DNA of 64,000 nucleotides from Callorhinchus milii (taxonomy: Eukaryota): positions 1 through 64,000 of the forward strand of contig NW_024704742.1 in NCBI RefSeq assembly GCF_018977255.1, read 5' to 3'. The notes beneath the pieces are model-generated. The model was not told the DNA's origin, did not search any database, and saw only the letters and a program-made list of their open reading frames with translations. Numbering within the stretch: position 1 is the first letter of the stretch; every line of letters starts with the position of its first letter. The translations under genes and the position numbers were made by a program. Shown here one piece after another: positions 36,711 through 49,164 of this stretch.

Positions 36711-36844
36711 GAAATTAAGGGAGCAGTTGGTGAGACAGAAGTTGCCCATTTAAGCAAAAATAGAGAACAGTAGCAACAACAACAAGATTACATTTGTATA
36801 GTGCCTTTCACGTCGGGAGGATGTCCCTAGGCGCTGATCTCAAT

Positions 36845-37815
36845 CATAGAATCGTACAGCACAAAAAGAGGCCATTCGGCCCAGCGAGTCTGTGCCGGCT
36901 CTTTGAAAAGAGCAATGTAATGTCAATCCCACTCCCCAGTCCTTTCCCCATAACTCTGCAAACCCGTCCTCCTCAAATACCCATCCACCGCGTCTTTAAA
37001 AGTAATTATCTAATCGGCCTCCGCCGCCTTTTCAGGCAATGCATTCCAGATTCGAGCTACTCACTGTGTGAAAACATTTCTTCTCACCTCCCCTCTGCTT
37101 CTTTTAGAGACTATTTTGAATCTGTGACCTCGAGTCACCGACACATCCACCAGTGGAAACTGTTTTTCCCTTTCTAACCTATCAAATCCCCTCACGATTT
37201 TGAAAACCTCTATTAGGTTTCCTTGTAACCTTCTCTGCTCCAATGAGAATAATCCCGATCTCTCTAGCCTTTCCTCATAATCAAGGTCCCCCATTCCTGA
37301 TCCCATCCTCGTAAATCTCCTCTGCACCCTTTCCAATGCCTTAACATCCTTCCTATAGTGCGGTGCCCAGAACTGGGGCAGTATTCTAACTGAGGCCTAA
37401 CCAGTGTTTTATATAGGTTAATCATAACCTCCTGACTCTTGTACTCTATGCCCCTATTTATAAAGCCAACTATCCTATATGGCCTTTTTACAGCTTTATC
37501 TCCCTGTCCTGCACGTTCAAGGATTCATTTACCTGCACCCCCAGGTCTCTCTGTTCCTTTACTCCCCTTAAGATTGTATTACCAGCCTATATTACCTCCC
37601 TTCATTCTTTCTTCCAAAATGCATTATCCCGCATTTCTCCACATTGAAATTAATCTGCCATGTGTCTGCCCATTTTACCATTCTGTCTATGTCTTCCTGC
37701 AGTTGGCTGCTATCCTTCTCATTGTTTACTACCCTACCTAACTTTGTGTCATCCACAAACTTGGAAATGGTACTTGCTATATCCAAGTCCAGATCATTTA
37801 CATATATTAAGAAGA
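36845..37815 (-). mobile_element. CR1 LINE 3' end (RT C-terminus and 3'UTR)
   Basis: FLIYVNDLD..ISKFVDDTKLG..LQEDIDRMVKWADTWQINFNVEKC; ERVQRRFTRM..YEERL..LFSLEQRRLQGNLIEVFKI; terminal catagaatc-type repeat. Confidence 0.93.
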
Positions 37816-38619
37816 GGATATTAAAGGAGGAAATAGAAAGAAAGACTGAAAACATATAAAACTATAAAGAAAAAAGCAAAAAACTGCAAAAGAAAAGGAT
37901 AACAAACAGTGAACAACACTGCAATAATGACATGAAAGCTTAATAATTAATAGTCATGTTACCTCCGATGGATCATTGGAGAGATTAATAATACTAATTG
38001 CATTTGATAGAGAGCCTTAGACGTCCCAAAATGCTTCACAGGATATCTGTAAGGTGGTTTGACTGTATTTTATGGGTAAAATGTAGCAATGTTCCACAAA
38101 CGTGATTGAATGGGATTTTTTTCAGTGAAGTTCATGGAACTGGAAAATAAACAAGTCCTTGCATGAAGGCAACTGTCCTGCACAATTGTGTAATAAAGTG
38201 GCTTAAAATAAACAGGCACGTGTGTGGAACATCTGGGCACTATTTCAGAAATACGATCCAAAACGAACCATCTTGTGATCAGCTATATCTTATCTGTTTT
38301 GTACATAGCTTTCGAAGGTATACAATATGAGCATTTTCACAGGATTTCACAGCATTTTCATTTTCACAAACTCAATATCTGCTGAAATACAGTATGTAGC
38401 TTTAATTTAATTCTCTCTTAAAGAAAGCAATTAATGCTCCATATGTAGGATAATTTCTTGAGCTACAGAACAAAAACAATAAACAGTTTACAAAACCCCA
38501 TGAGTTTAGTCTTTATGCAGCTTGGAAACTGCATAGCATGCAACTAATATTTATACAAAGTACTGGAAAATGTTTATGATCAACTAACTACACAAGTGAG
38601 AGTGAGAATCTCATTGGGA

Positions 38620-38950
38620 GCCCGTTGCATACAGCAATATCCCACAAACAGCCATGGAGTGAATGACCAATTGTATTTGGGGGATTCGTTGGCCAGGACA
38701 CCAGGAGAAACTCCTTTCTCTCTTTTTGAATAGTGCCATGTTATCTTTAATGTCCACCTGAACCGGCAGTTGAGTCGGGATCTCCATTTAAAGTCCTTTA
38801 TCTGAAGGATTCACCTCTGATAATGCAGCACTTCCAGCACTGTAATGATGCGTCAACTTAGAATGTGTGAGTTCAAGTCCTGACGTGGGGCTGGAACCTA
38901 CAACCTTCTGACTCAAAGGCAAGAATGCTACCACTGTGCCAGGCTGATAC
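38620..38950 (-). mobile_element. SacSINE1/Deu-like SINE
   Basis: cagcaatatcccacaaacagc..ggccaggacaccaggagaaactcc..gaatagtgccatg..cacctctgataatgcagcact..caaccttctgactc. Confidence 0.8.
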
Positions 38951-39259
38951 AGAGAATATGTAGGAGGAATGTTGTGACTGATTATCACAATATTGTAAAT
39001 AAATATTCACAATCTGACTGTCACCAGCACACATATTATCCTGCAGCTGTTCCTGTTTTATTCCAACATCTGTTTCTTATTTAAGAAACTTATTTTATCT
39101 TGCATAAAACAGCAAGCTTTACAAATAAAAAAAGACTGGAAATAAAAATGCAAAATGTGTGCATGTTTACCACACAAGTAACTGTTCCAGTGTTCAGCTA
39201 CACATTGTGTTAATGATCCTGAGGTGATTGCCAAACCTTATAATCCAATACATCATAAT

Positions 39260-39745
39260 GACCATCTTCTTACAAAACTCTACCACCCGTTGCTCAAATG
39301 CACCTAATTCCGCCCACTGGTCATCCTAGGCCTTGCCAGGTTCCATTGGCTCCCTAACCCCAAACAGATCAACTTCAAGACCCTCACTCTAGCATACAAA
39401 TCCCTTCACTCCTCAGCACTTCTCAATCTCTCTGACCTGCTCATGCCCCATTCCACTGCTCACCCATTTCAATCAGCTAAAATAGGTCTCCCAACCCCTC
39501 CTCGTTACCATTGGTGGTTGTGCCTTCAGCCGTATGTACGTCCCTAACCTCTGGAACTCCCTCCATCAATTCCTTTGCCTTAGCCCCGCTTTTGTTTTAA
39601 TCTTCAAATCCCACCTGAAGACCTCTACAACCAAATCTATGGTCACCTTCCCCTCTCCTTTCTCCCTTGCTTGACATCCAACCCCATCTGCATGAAAAAC
39701 ACTATACAGCATGAAGAGAGTTATATAAATGTTAGTTGTTGTAGT
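39260..39745 (+). mobile_element. Degraded L2 3' fragment
   Basis: ccattggctccc..atcaacttcaagaccctc..ggtggttgtgccttcagc..ctctggaactccctcc..ttcaaatcccacctgaagac..(gtt) tail. Confidence 0.75.
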
Positions 39746-40628
39746 TGATATAAAGCCCCCTTCTGTCTGCAGGTTTGTGTCAATGACCAACTTGACATCA
39801 ATTAGTCTTTGTCTTTGGCTGTGTGACTTATCATGTCTGGCTAACAATAACTGCGATTCCTTTGTGCAAAGGACAGAAAATGAAACCTGCAGAGGAGGTC
39901 ACCCTTATGTTAGCAATGTTGCAGTGTTACATTGATAACTGGACTAAGGAGAGGAAACCTGTCAATGAGATAGGTGTGGGGAGAGTTCTACCTCTATTTG
40001 AGCAAAGAAGCACAGTTCAAACTGAGTGTAACTCTCCTCACTGGGTGAGGACATTCCACATTTTTTGTGAACTGTTATGAAATCTCAAACATGTGGCACT
40101 GAGTTTATACAATTACAACATAACTGCAAGACTCATTACAAAAGAACTGCCAAAAAGAACTTGATGTACTCATTAATCAAAAAAATGTGACTAAAGTGTC
40201 CCTTCATAAAGACAAGCTCCCTCACACGTACCTTCTTGAATTATAAACTCATTTTCCTAAGTCCCATGTAGACCTTGTTGCTTAAATTGACCTTCTTGAA
40301 AATTGTCAGATCTCTGGCTTCAGCATCCTTTGTCCCCACTAAATTGCCAAGTATTTCCTACCCTCTATCAGACCCGCAGATAGAACAGCAGCAATCTATG
40401 CAAACTCAAATCTATCAAGTCTATGGTAGACAGCAAATTGGATAAAGCCTATATGCTCTCCATACAGTTTGAGACATTCTCCCAATGTGAAAGGCACTGT
40501 AACATTGTGAATTGTATTTTATTGTACTGTAACGTTTCTCATCAACTACAATCAGATATGGTTTGGCAATATCAAGTTTGCCACTCTTCCTTTCTGCGAC
40601 CAAACCCTTCTTTTAATCTTTTAATAGT

Positions 40629-40940
40629 GGAGTCCTGCAGCTCAATGGTTAGAGCACTCGCTTTGCAAGCGAGAGACCTGAGTTCAATTCCAGGCAGAGG
40701 GCGAAACCTTGGGCAAGTTTCCTTACTCCACACAGAGCCTAATAATAATTCCTCCAAAAAAAAACAATAATAAATTGGTCATTTTCAATGTACGACTGTT
40801 TGTGGGACATTGCTGTGCGCAATTGGCTGCCGCGTTCGCCCACAAATATGCGGTCAATTCACTTTACAGTATATTCTGTGAAGCACTTTGGGACGTCTAG
40901 AAGACGTGAAAAGCGCTATATCAAATGCAAGGATTATTAT
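40629..40940 (+). mobile_element. Full-length young tRNA-derived SINE
   Basis: Near-consensus head, core and tail. Confidence 0.93.
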
Positions 40941-42339
40941 AATTTAGGATCATTCTAGAGAGTAAGGAATATCCCAAATTTATTTTCTCTGCCACCTACT
41001 ATCTATCTCATCAGATCTCCTTCTCTTACCCTTTGCATCTCTTGATTTAAAATGGGACGAGATTATGGAATTCTTTTAGACTAATACTTGTAATAGTTTA
41101 TTAGGTTAAATTTGATATATAATCAATACTTATTATACTTATTTGTTACAGCAAATTTCACATCGGTAGAATGTCTAAATGTGCTTCACAGGATACATTG
41201 TATTTTTCAATATTTATAGAAATGTGCTATTTCATGACAATTTATCTTAATATTTTATATACCTAAACAGCATTGTCACATTATTATTTTTAATGTTTTA
41301 AACTGTTCCAAACTTTGTTTCATTTCTAAATTTTCTATACAAATGTGGCTCTATTTTAATAAAAAGAATCTTAGTTCTATTATAGAGGTTAATGTTTATT
41401 GTTTCTATCTGTAGAGCTTGTCTAATTTGAACATTCAGAGAGTTAATAAAGAAACATTGCATATCTCTATTATATGTGTAATCAATATTTATTATGCAAT
41501 GCATATAACAATGTAGATGAACTGGCTGAAGATTGAGAAGCATCATGGAGCACACTCATAACAACAATATGATAATAATAATAGAATAAGCCAAGAATAA
41601 AACAAAGTGAATGGTTTTAACTCCTCGTCCCTCAGATCACATGAAATTATAATCTCCTCCAATGTTTCAAAGATTTGCAAAAGCAAGTTGTTAAGATCAC
41701 AAAATCACAACGGAGGTTTAGATAAAGAAGGCCATTTGTCCCATTTGATCTCATCCTTCCAGAATTCCCAATCTACCATCTTTCCATCACAGCGATTTTT
41801 TAAAAATAAATCCAGCACCCTGCCCTCAAACTTTTCCTGGTAATCTGTTCCAGTCATCAATTACCTTCTGGGCAATTCCTGGTGTGTGTCCTGAAATTGT
41901 CCTTTGTAATCATAGATCTGTGTCCTCTTGTTCTGCTGTCTGTAAATATTGTTCTAGTTTACTGTCTCAATCCCATTTATTATCTAATATCCCTTCTAGA
42001 TATCCCTTCTCCTAAATTTCAATGGTATTAGTGGCCAAGACTGGAAACCAAGGCATTATGTAAGTCAACTAGATTTTCACTGTGTTACAGTCTCTCGGTA
42101 CTCCAACCTTCTCCTGCTTCCAAAATCCTCCGATAAACACTTTGACCACCTCTAAACTGCTCATACTTCTTGTTCGGTGTCCACAATTCTCATTGTTACG
42201 TGCTTTGAGTTGTGAATGGTGCTATACAAATGTATGTTCTTCATGGGAAGAGGGTCATCTATTAATCTAATAGTGGGAGCATCTTTTGAAATCTCCCTAA
42301 ATGATTTGATATGAGAGGTTGCTACCAGTAACACAAATA

Positions 42340-42755
42340 TTAATAATAATAATACTTGCATTTGATATACTGCCTTATCACATTGTTGAGACATCTCAAA
42401 GCGCTTCGCAAAATATACTGTAAAGTGAATTGACTGCATATTTTGTGGGGAAACACAGCAGCCAATTTTGCACAGCGGTGCACCAGTCGTAGATTGAGTG
42501 ACCACATTTTTTTAAATGATATTATTAAACATCTTACTCTTAAATTCTGAATTCTTTTCATAATATTTGCTTGGAGGCCACTGGCTCTCTGACAAACCAT
42601 TCAACTCTAGGGATTTCAAATGCGAAGTGAATGCCAAATAAATAATAATAATAATAATCCTTGCATTTGATATAGCACTTTTCACATCTTCCAGATGTCT
42701 CAAAGCACTTCACAGAATATTCTGCAAAGTGAATTGACTGTATTTTTGTGGGCGA
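42340..42755 (-). mobile_element. Two SINE 3'-half fragments
   Basis: (aat)n..ttgcatttgatata..aagtgaattgactg at ~42340 and ~42640. Confidence 0.85.
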
Positions 42756-44204
42756 AATAATCACTGTCATCCTGCATTATTTAGTGACAGACATCACTGA
42801 AAAGGCATGTATAAAGTGAGTAAGGAAAACATATCATAACAAATTGAAATAGATAGCTCCGCCCCTCTCTCTCCCTCTTCTCTTCACAACATTTATCTTC
42901 TGCTTTGGGGATTTCAAAAAAAAACTTTTTATTTTTATGAAGGTGATAATCATTACTGAAGGGAGGTTAGCAGATGATTTTGAACTGGTTTACTTGTTGT
43001 TCAAGGCAGGCTAAGATGCTTCCAGTCTTATTTCTATTGAAGGCAAATATAAACCTGAACAATTTACTCCAAGTATGGGAATTGAATAACCTGGTTTCTA
43101 TTTGACTTGACATACATGCTGGATGCTGGATGAATTGGATTCACATTAGATGAGTACTTTGACCTGTATTGTGGCACTGTCTCCAGAATGTTTGCATACA
43201 CTTACAATGGGTTTTCTTTGTCAATGATCTCATTGTGTACACAGAGCAATAGAGTGAAGCCAAACATTAAGAAGCAGTTCCGATATATCTTGGCTGGTTC
43301 CTTTGGTGATTGACGACACGAGGAGGAATTTATATTCTGCCAGAAATTAAATTGGGTGGTTGGAATGTGCAATATTCTGCCAGAAACCGTTTTTAAGCAG
43401 AGTCCATAAATTCTCTGCAAAGTGAATTAACTGGACGTTTGAAAAAGAGGAATGTCTGGGCTATGGGGAGTGAGCAGGAGAAGGTGATTAAACAAAGTGG
43501 CTGATGGGCCGAATAGCATGTTGCTGTTGCATAATACCCTGGGGCACAATTTGTGGTATTTCACAAGCAGTTTCTTGTGTTAATCAGCACAAGGAAACTG
43601 GCAAATTGTTTACTCTTTCTTACTTGTTTATTCAGAACCTACTTTAAATCAGAGCGCTGTTCCAGATTCGCTCTCCCAGGCAGCTGGCTTTTTGCCAGTA
43701 AAAGAAAGACCAGGGAATGAACTTGTATTTATTTAGCGCTCTTCATGCAGGCAGGGTGTCGGCCCGCTTAACTGCGATGTGCTTTGACTGAGCTGCAAAA
43801 GGAGAAGAGGTGGCCAAAGGCCCAGTCGAAGAGGAAAAAGTCTTCAGGTGTGATTTTAATTAACTTTACATGGTAAGCTTCCTGGTGTAGACCAGGATTG
43901 TGGTTGTAAGTCCACATCGGGAATTTTAATTCAGGGAAATCCATGTAAAGTCTCCAGCAACAAAAATGTCTTTACCTGAAATTACAGAATGTTTTCATAA
44001 GAAACAGATGCTAAACATGACATTTGATTTGAAGACCAACTGGCTCTCTGAATGAACCTCCCATTGCATTCAGCTTTTATGACAGTGTCAATACAGTTTC
44101 CTTGGCTTTCTTTCCTGACAAGCAGCCAGCTAACCACGAGAAACTAGCTGTGGTGCAAAAATGGAACAGCTAAAACAGCAGCACCCGGAGTTAAGTTCTT
44201 ACTA

Positions 44205-45375
44205 ATTGGCGCAATTGGCTGCCGCGTTCGCCCACAAATATACAGTCAAATCACTTTACAGTGTGTTCTGTGAAGCGTTTTGGGATATCCTCCCGACATG
44301 AAAAGCGCTATACCAAATGCAAGGATTATTATTATTATTATATTACTAATTAATTAATTGGTGTGCTCTGACTGAGCTGGAAAGTGGAGAGGTATCCAAA
44401 GGCAGGGTCAAAGAGAAAAGATTTCCCACATACGCTCCCCCCCTCCCCCCAGCAACACTTGACTACCCAGTCAACTGCATAAAGTGCTTTGAAATGTGTG
44501 GAAACGTTTGTCAATGAGGGAACAGTATATTAGCCCACAGCGATATTAGAGGGAGCACAAAGAAAGGACAAGGAATCGTGTTTCAAATGCCTAAAACAGG
44601 ACAACTATCTCTAGGGACTTAGAGCTTCACATGCTATTTTGCACATACTGTATGTGGAACCCAATAAACAGTAAAATGGAAGCACATCAACTGAAATTAA
44701 TGATAAAAATGGAAAGGCTGTACGAAAAAGGTGTACAGTATTGTTAGAGTTATAATAATAATAATCCTTGCATTTGATATAGCGCTTTTCACGTCGGGAG
44801 GACGTCCCAAAGCGCTTCACAGAACACACTGTAAAGTGAATTGACTGTATATTTGTGGGCGAACGCGGCAGCCAATTGCGCACAACAATGTCCCACAAAC
44901 AGTCATAGATTGAAAATGGCCAATTTATTATTGTTTTTGGTTTTGGAGGATTATTATTAGGCTCTGTGTGGAGTAAGGAAACTTGCCCAAGGTTTCGCCC
45001 TCTGCCTGGAATTGAACTCACGTCTCTCACTTGCAAAGCGAGTGCTCTAACCACTGAGCTACAGGACTCCACACACAGTTCTGTAGAGTAGTGGTTACAG
45101 CACTCGCCTTGCAAGCGAGAGGACCTGGGTTTGATTCCAAGGCACGGAGAAACCTTAGGCACGTTTCCTTACCTGGCTGTTAGTCGATTGGGGGATTACT
45201 TTCTGGCGGTAATAATCCCTTCAAAACAAAAGATTAATAATAATATGATTATATGACACTGCTATGCACAATTGGCTGCCATATTTCACCCACAACATAT
45301 ATAATCAATTCACTTTACAGTGTATTTTGACGATTTGATAAGGCGCTATATTAAATGCAAGGATTATTATTATTA
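44205..45375. mobile_element. SINE cluster: + 3' half (44205-44345), - full young copy (44752-45070), + older copy (45078-45375) head-to-head
   Basis: Consensus tails and heads; the two tRNA heads diverge from ~45074. Confidence 0.88.
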
Positions 45376-45904
45376 CAGTAACTGCAGATAATGGCCATTA
45401 TTAAATTGATTTATTAATTTGCCAAATTGTATTAACAGTAATGGTTATACTTCATTGCATTGAACCATGACAGTCCTAAAAGATAACCCATTCAGCCTAG
45501 TCATCACTGTTAGTGAAATGCATATGCTGAAAATCATCTGTCACCAGTAGTCAGAAATGAATCATGTGTGGATCATCAGTGTGGAACAGAAACAGGAAAC
45601 ACTGCAATGAAATTGGTGAGGCATTGCACATATCCATCTCAAACACATTTAGTACTTGAGGTAGTAAGCATCACAGACATATTCATTAATTCCAGAATAA
45701 TGGTGAGACATCTTCAACCTGAGTGAGCAGTTTGCAGGTTGCAAGACTGCCATGGATACAGCAGTTAATTAGATCAAAAATAGAAGCACGAAAATCATAC
45801 ATATACTGTACTGCCCTTTTGCATTCCACTAAGCATGCTTTGAAATCTCCAATAAAGAAAGCTAAGTAAATGCATATTTTAATAAAATTACACATTATCG
45901 CAAC

Positions 45905-47045
45905 TTCACAACTTGGATTTATAGTGTGCCCTCCACGCCGGACAGCGTCTCAGAGCACTTCACAGTAACGCTCCCACAGGTGACTGGGTGAGACCGGGAG
46001 GAGAAGCCGTTTGTGCAGATGTACTGCTGGCGGTTTGTGAGGCGAGTGCGGTCCTACTGAAGTGGATGACGGAGGAAAAGCGGTGGAGGAGGATAGTGTG
46101 ATCGACTGTGTCGAACGCGGCGGAGAGGTCCAGGAGGACAAGGAGGCAGAGGGATCCCTGGTCACTGATAGAGAGTATGTCGTTTGTGACTTTCACAAGC
46201 ACAGTCTCTGTACTGTGGGTGGAAACTGGACTGGAGGGGTTCGAAGAGGGAGTGGGAGGAGAGGTGTGGTGAAGTTGGTTGGCAACAACGCATTCTAGGA
46301 CTTTGGCAAGGAAGGGAGTTTGAAATAGGGCGGTAGTGGCTGGGGTTTGAGGGATCTAGGGAGGGTTTTTTCAGGAGGGGGGTGATGACAGCAGTTTTGA
46401 AGGGGGCAGGGATTGATCCAGAGAAGAGGGACTGGTTGATGATGTCAGCTAGTAGTGGGCAGAGGAGGGGGAGCTGGGTGACTAGTAAGTTGGTGGGGAG
46501 GGGGTCGAGGCAGCAGGTGGTGGGTTTCATTGATGTGATGGTGGGTGAGAGGGAGGAGGGAGAGATGGGATGAAGGAATGTAGAATGGGGGTGGTGGTAG
46601 GAGCAGATGATGAAGAAGATGAGGGGGACAGACAGGGCATAGTGGTGGGTGACAAGGGGCAGGTGGATGTGGCTGCCTGGTGGATGTTAAGTATTTTAGA
46701 TGAAAAGAAGTCCATGACCTCCTCGTACTGGGCATTTGATACAAAGATTGAGGAGGCCTGAGGTGGGGGGCACGGAGGTTGTGGTGGGTGGTGTAAAAAA
46801 GGATCTTAGGGTTGTGTTTAGCCTCCAAGATGATGTTGGAGTAGAAGGCCGTTTTTGCGCGTGTCAAAGAACGACGGTAGCCGTGGAGCTGCTCGAGCCA
46901 CAGTTGGCGGTGAACTGTCAGGCCAGTTTTCCGCCATCTGCACATGAGCAGACGAGTTTGGGTTTTTTGGTGGCGGAGATGGTTGTTGTACCAGGTGGAT
47001 CGGGTGGGTTTGGAGATGGTCCTGGATTTTAGGGGGACGAGGGAG
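45905..47045 (-). mobile_element. L2 LINE fragment with internal deletion
   Basis: [68 protein letters not shown], then a jump to the 3' tail. Confidence 0.9.
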
Positions 47046-47744
47046 AAACAACTTCCTTTCTTAGTCTTTGTGGTTCAGTTTCACACAGAGCAGAGGCTTC
47101 ACCAACTGAGCCACTCGAGGAGCTCATTATGATTTGGTCAGCTGATTCCAATATGTGGAAATGTGTGGAAATATTTTTCAGTTGTTAACTCACTGCTTCT
47201 TTCACTTCCTACTTATTGCACAATGTGTAGGAAGCATTGCTATCACTTCCATTAGGAAATTACATCAATGGGGTTTCCTGCACATGGAGCCCCTGCACGA
47301 CATGTAGGAAGTGATGCTAGTGGCAACCTGATGAAATGAAAGGTGGTCATGTTTTACTACAGATTTATCAGCGCAGGAAGCTGGGTGTAACATGATTGGA
47401 GTTAGTGTGGGTTCACATATTACATTGAGGGGCTCTATAACTGGATTTCCCTATAATGTAGTGCTCAGAATAGAAGGTGTCTTAATTATTCTAGGCTTTA
47501 ATGGAGTAAAATCTGCAAATGTCACAATAGATTCAATGATATAACATTGACAATCATCTCAAGTATGTTATCACACTGAATTTGCAATAAAATGCATCTC
47601 TCTCATTTTTGATCGTCTCAATCAACTCTGAATCTGTGCTTTCTAAGGCAGTAAATATTCCATATTCTCATGACTCATTTGTAACTATTTTTACTAGGAT
47701 GTGGCATTCCGCAAATAGCACACACTGTAGTCAAAGTGAATTAC

Positions 47745-47980
47745 AACAACAACAAAATTACATTTGAAAAGTGCCTTTCATGTCGGGAGGACGTCCCAAG
47801 GTGTTGAACAGTCGGGGATCAGGACCCGTGGGGGCAGGGTTGGGATGAGGGAGGACAGAGAGGTAGGAGGGCGGCTGAAGGAATGGTCGAAAAGTCATAC
47901 CTTGAAGGAGGCAAGTGGAGTGAGGCGAAGGGATTGTAGAATGGAGCTCCAAACAGAAGGGCCTCGGTCTTGCTGACATT
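47745..47980 (-). mobile_element. L2 3' fragment
   Basis: (caa)n..gcctttcatgtcgggaggacgtcccaagg tail. Confidence 0.82.
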
Positions 47981-48619
47981 CAGCTATAGAAAGTTAGCTC
48001 TCATCCAGGACTTGATGTTTCACAGACAGTCTGTCAGGTGATAGTTGTCCTGGAATTGAATTAGTGAGAGAAGGAGGGTGTTTTTGGTCAGCTGGGTGGC
48101 TGACACATAGCAGCAACCCATGCTCAAGAGAATGTGAGTTCCTCAAATGTGAGCCTCATATGGAAATATTTCAACATGGAAATTTCACTGTGTCTGGAAA
48201 GAATTGTGCACAGCCTCTCTGGAGCGACGCACCCTGCTTATCTAATTCCAGAATGTATGAGGCTAAGGTTGGCAAGAATCAAAGCTTTGGAATCCCAGAA
48301 TGTGTGCTAGAGTAACTGCAGGAGTTTAACCAGATAAACCTGTACAGCTTGCCATTGAAAGCATTGCCTGGGAATCTTCCCATTGTTTGTTTAGTTAGTA
48401 CCACCTGTCCATTTGGGTGTTGGCTTACAGGAGCTGAGTGGGAGGAATCTCTGCCTCAGGGATTGGTCCATCCCTTCAAATCCTGCTGATGAGCCAAGCT
48501 GGCTGTGCTGTCATCAGTGGCGATCTGGTAAATTACAGACCCTCCTCGCTGAGGAACAAACTACTGAGATCGCCACTGAAGATCGACTCATTTCCAAACT
48601 TTGCATTGCCAAGCATATG

Positions 48620-49160
48620 TCAGTCTGGCTCAGATGGTAGCGTTCTCACTTCAGAGTCAGAAGTTTGTGGGTTCAAGCCCTTGGAATTCATATAGTCTAG
48701 TGCAGGATGATCCAATCTTTTGGTTGCTGAGGGCTGGATGCCGGTTTGAGAAATGTCCGCGAGCCACATAAGGAATATTTTAATTCTGGTTGGCCAGACC
48801 CATTTGTCAGGCAGAGCCTAAGCCTCCAGTGACCATCTCCTGCTTGGCTCGGTGCCTGCTTGTCACCTGTATTTCCTCTTAGGAAATAAAATTTTAAATG
48901 GTTTGTGATAATGAAATCATACCCTGGACCACATGCGGCCCATGTGCCACCAGTTGGATCATCCTGGTCTACACTGACACTGCAAACCGCGTTAGGTGAG
49001 CGTGCGGTGTTGGAGATGCAGTCCTTTGGATGAGCAGTTAAATCGAGGTCCCGTCTGCCTGTTCAACTGGACGTTATAGATCCCATGGCACTATTTGAAA
49101 AGAGCAGGGAATTTCACCGAGTGTCCTGGCCAACAATCCCACAAATTAAATTGGTCATTT
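48620..49160 (+). mobile_element. SacSINE1-like SINE 5' part (host of the hAT MITE; its 3' remnant lies at ~51715-51820)
   Basis: tggctcagatggtagc..cagagtcagaag..gtgggttcaagccc ... ctgacact..gtcctttggatgag..gatcccatggcactatttgaa..gtgtcctggccaaca. Confidence 0.78.
48703..48966. mobile_element. hAT/Charlie-type MITE (264 bp)
   Basis: Perfect 13-bp TIRs CAGGATGATCCAA / TTGGATCATCCTG, 8-bp flanks gtctagtg / gtctacac (degenerate TSD with TCTA core), subterminal gcggccc. Confidence 0.8.
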
Positions 49161-49164
49161 GCTT

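Noticed and set aside
39960..40080. CNSPHWVRTF as a chemokine exon 3
   Set aside because: The similarity to CLDP..PWV is too short and there are no convincing splice sites.
41040..41600. AT-rich stretch as a cytokine 3'UTR with AU-rich elements
   Set aside because: No linked coding exon was established, and ATTTA is expected by chance at this composition.
48486..48552. Hammerhead-like CTGATGA-GCCA-agc-TGGC and HDV-like CCTCCTCGCTG motifs
   Set aside because: The required GAAA after stem II is absent (TGTG instead), and I could not build the HDV nested pseudoknot.
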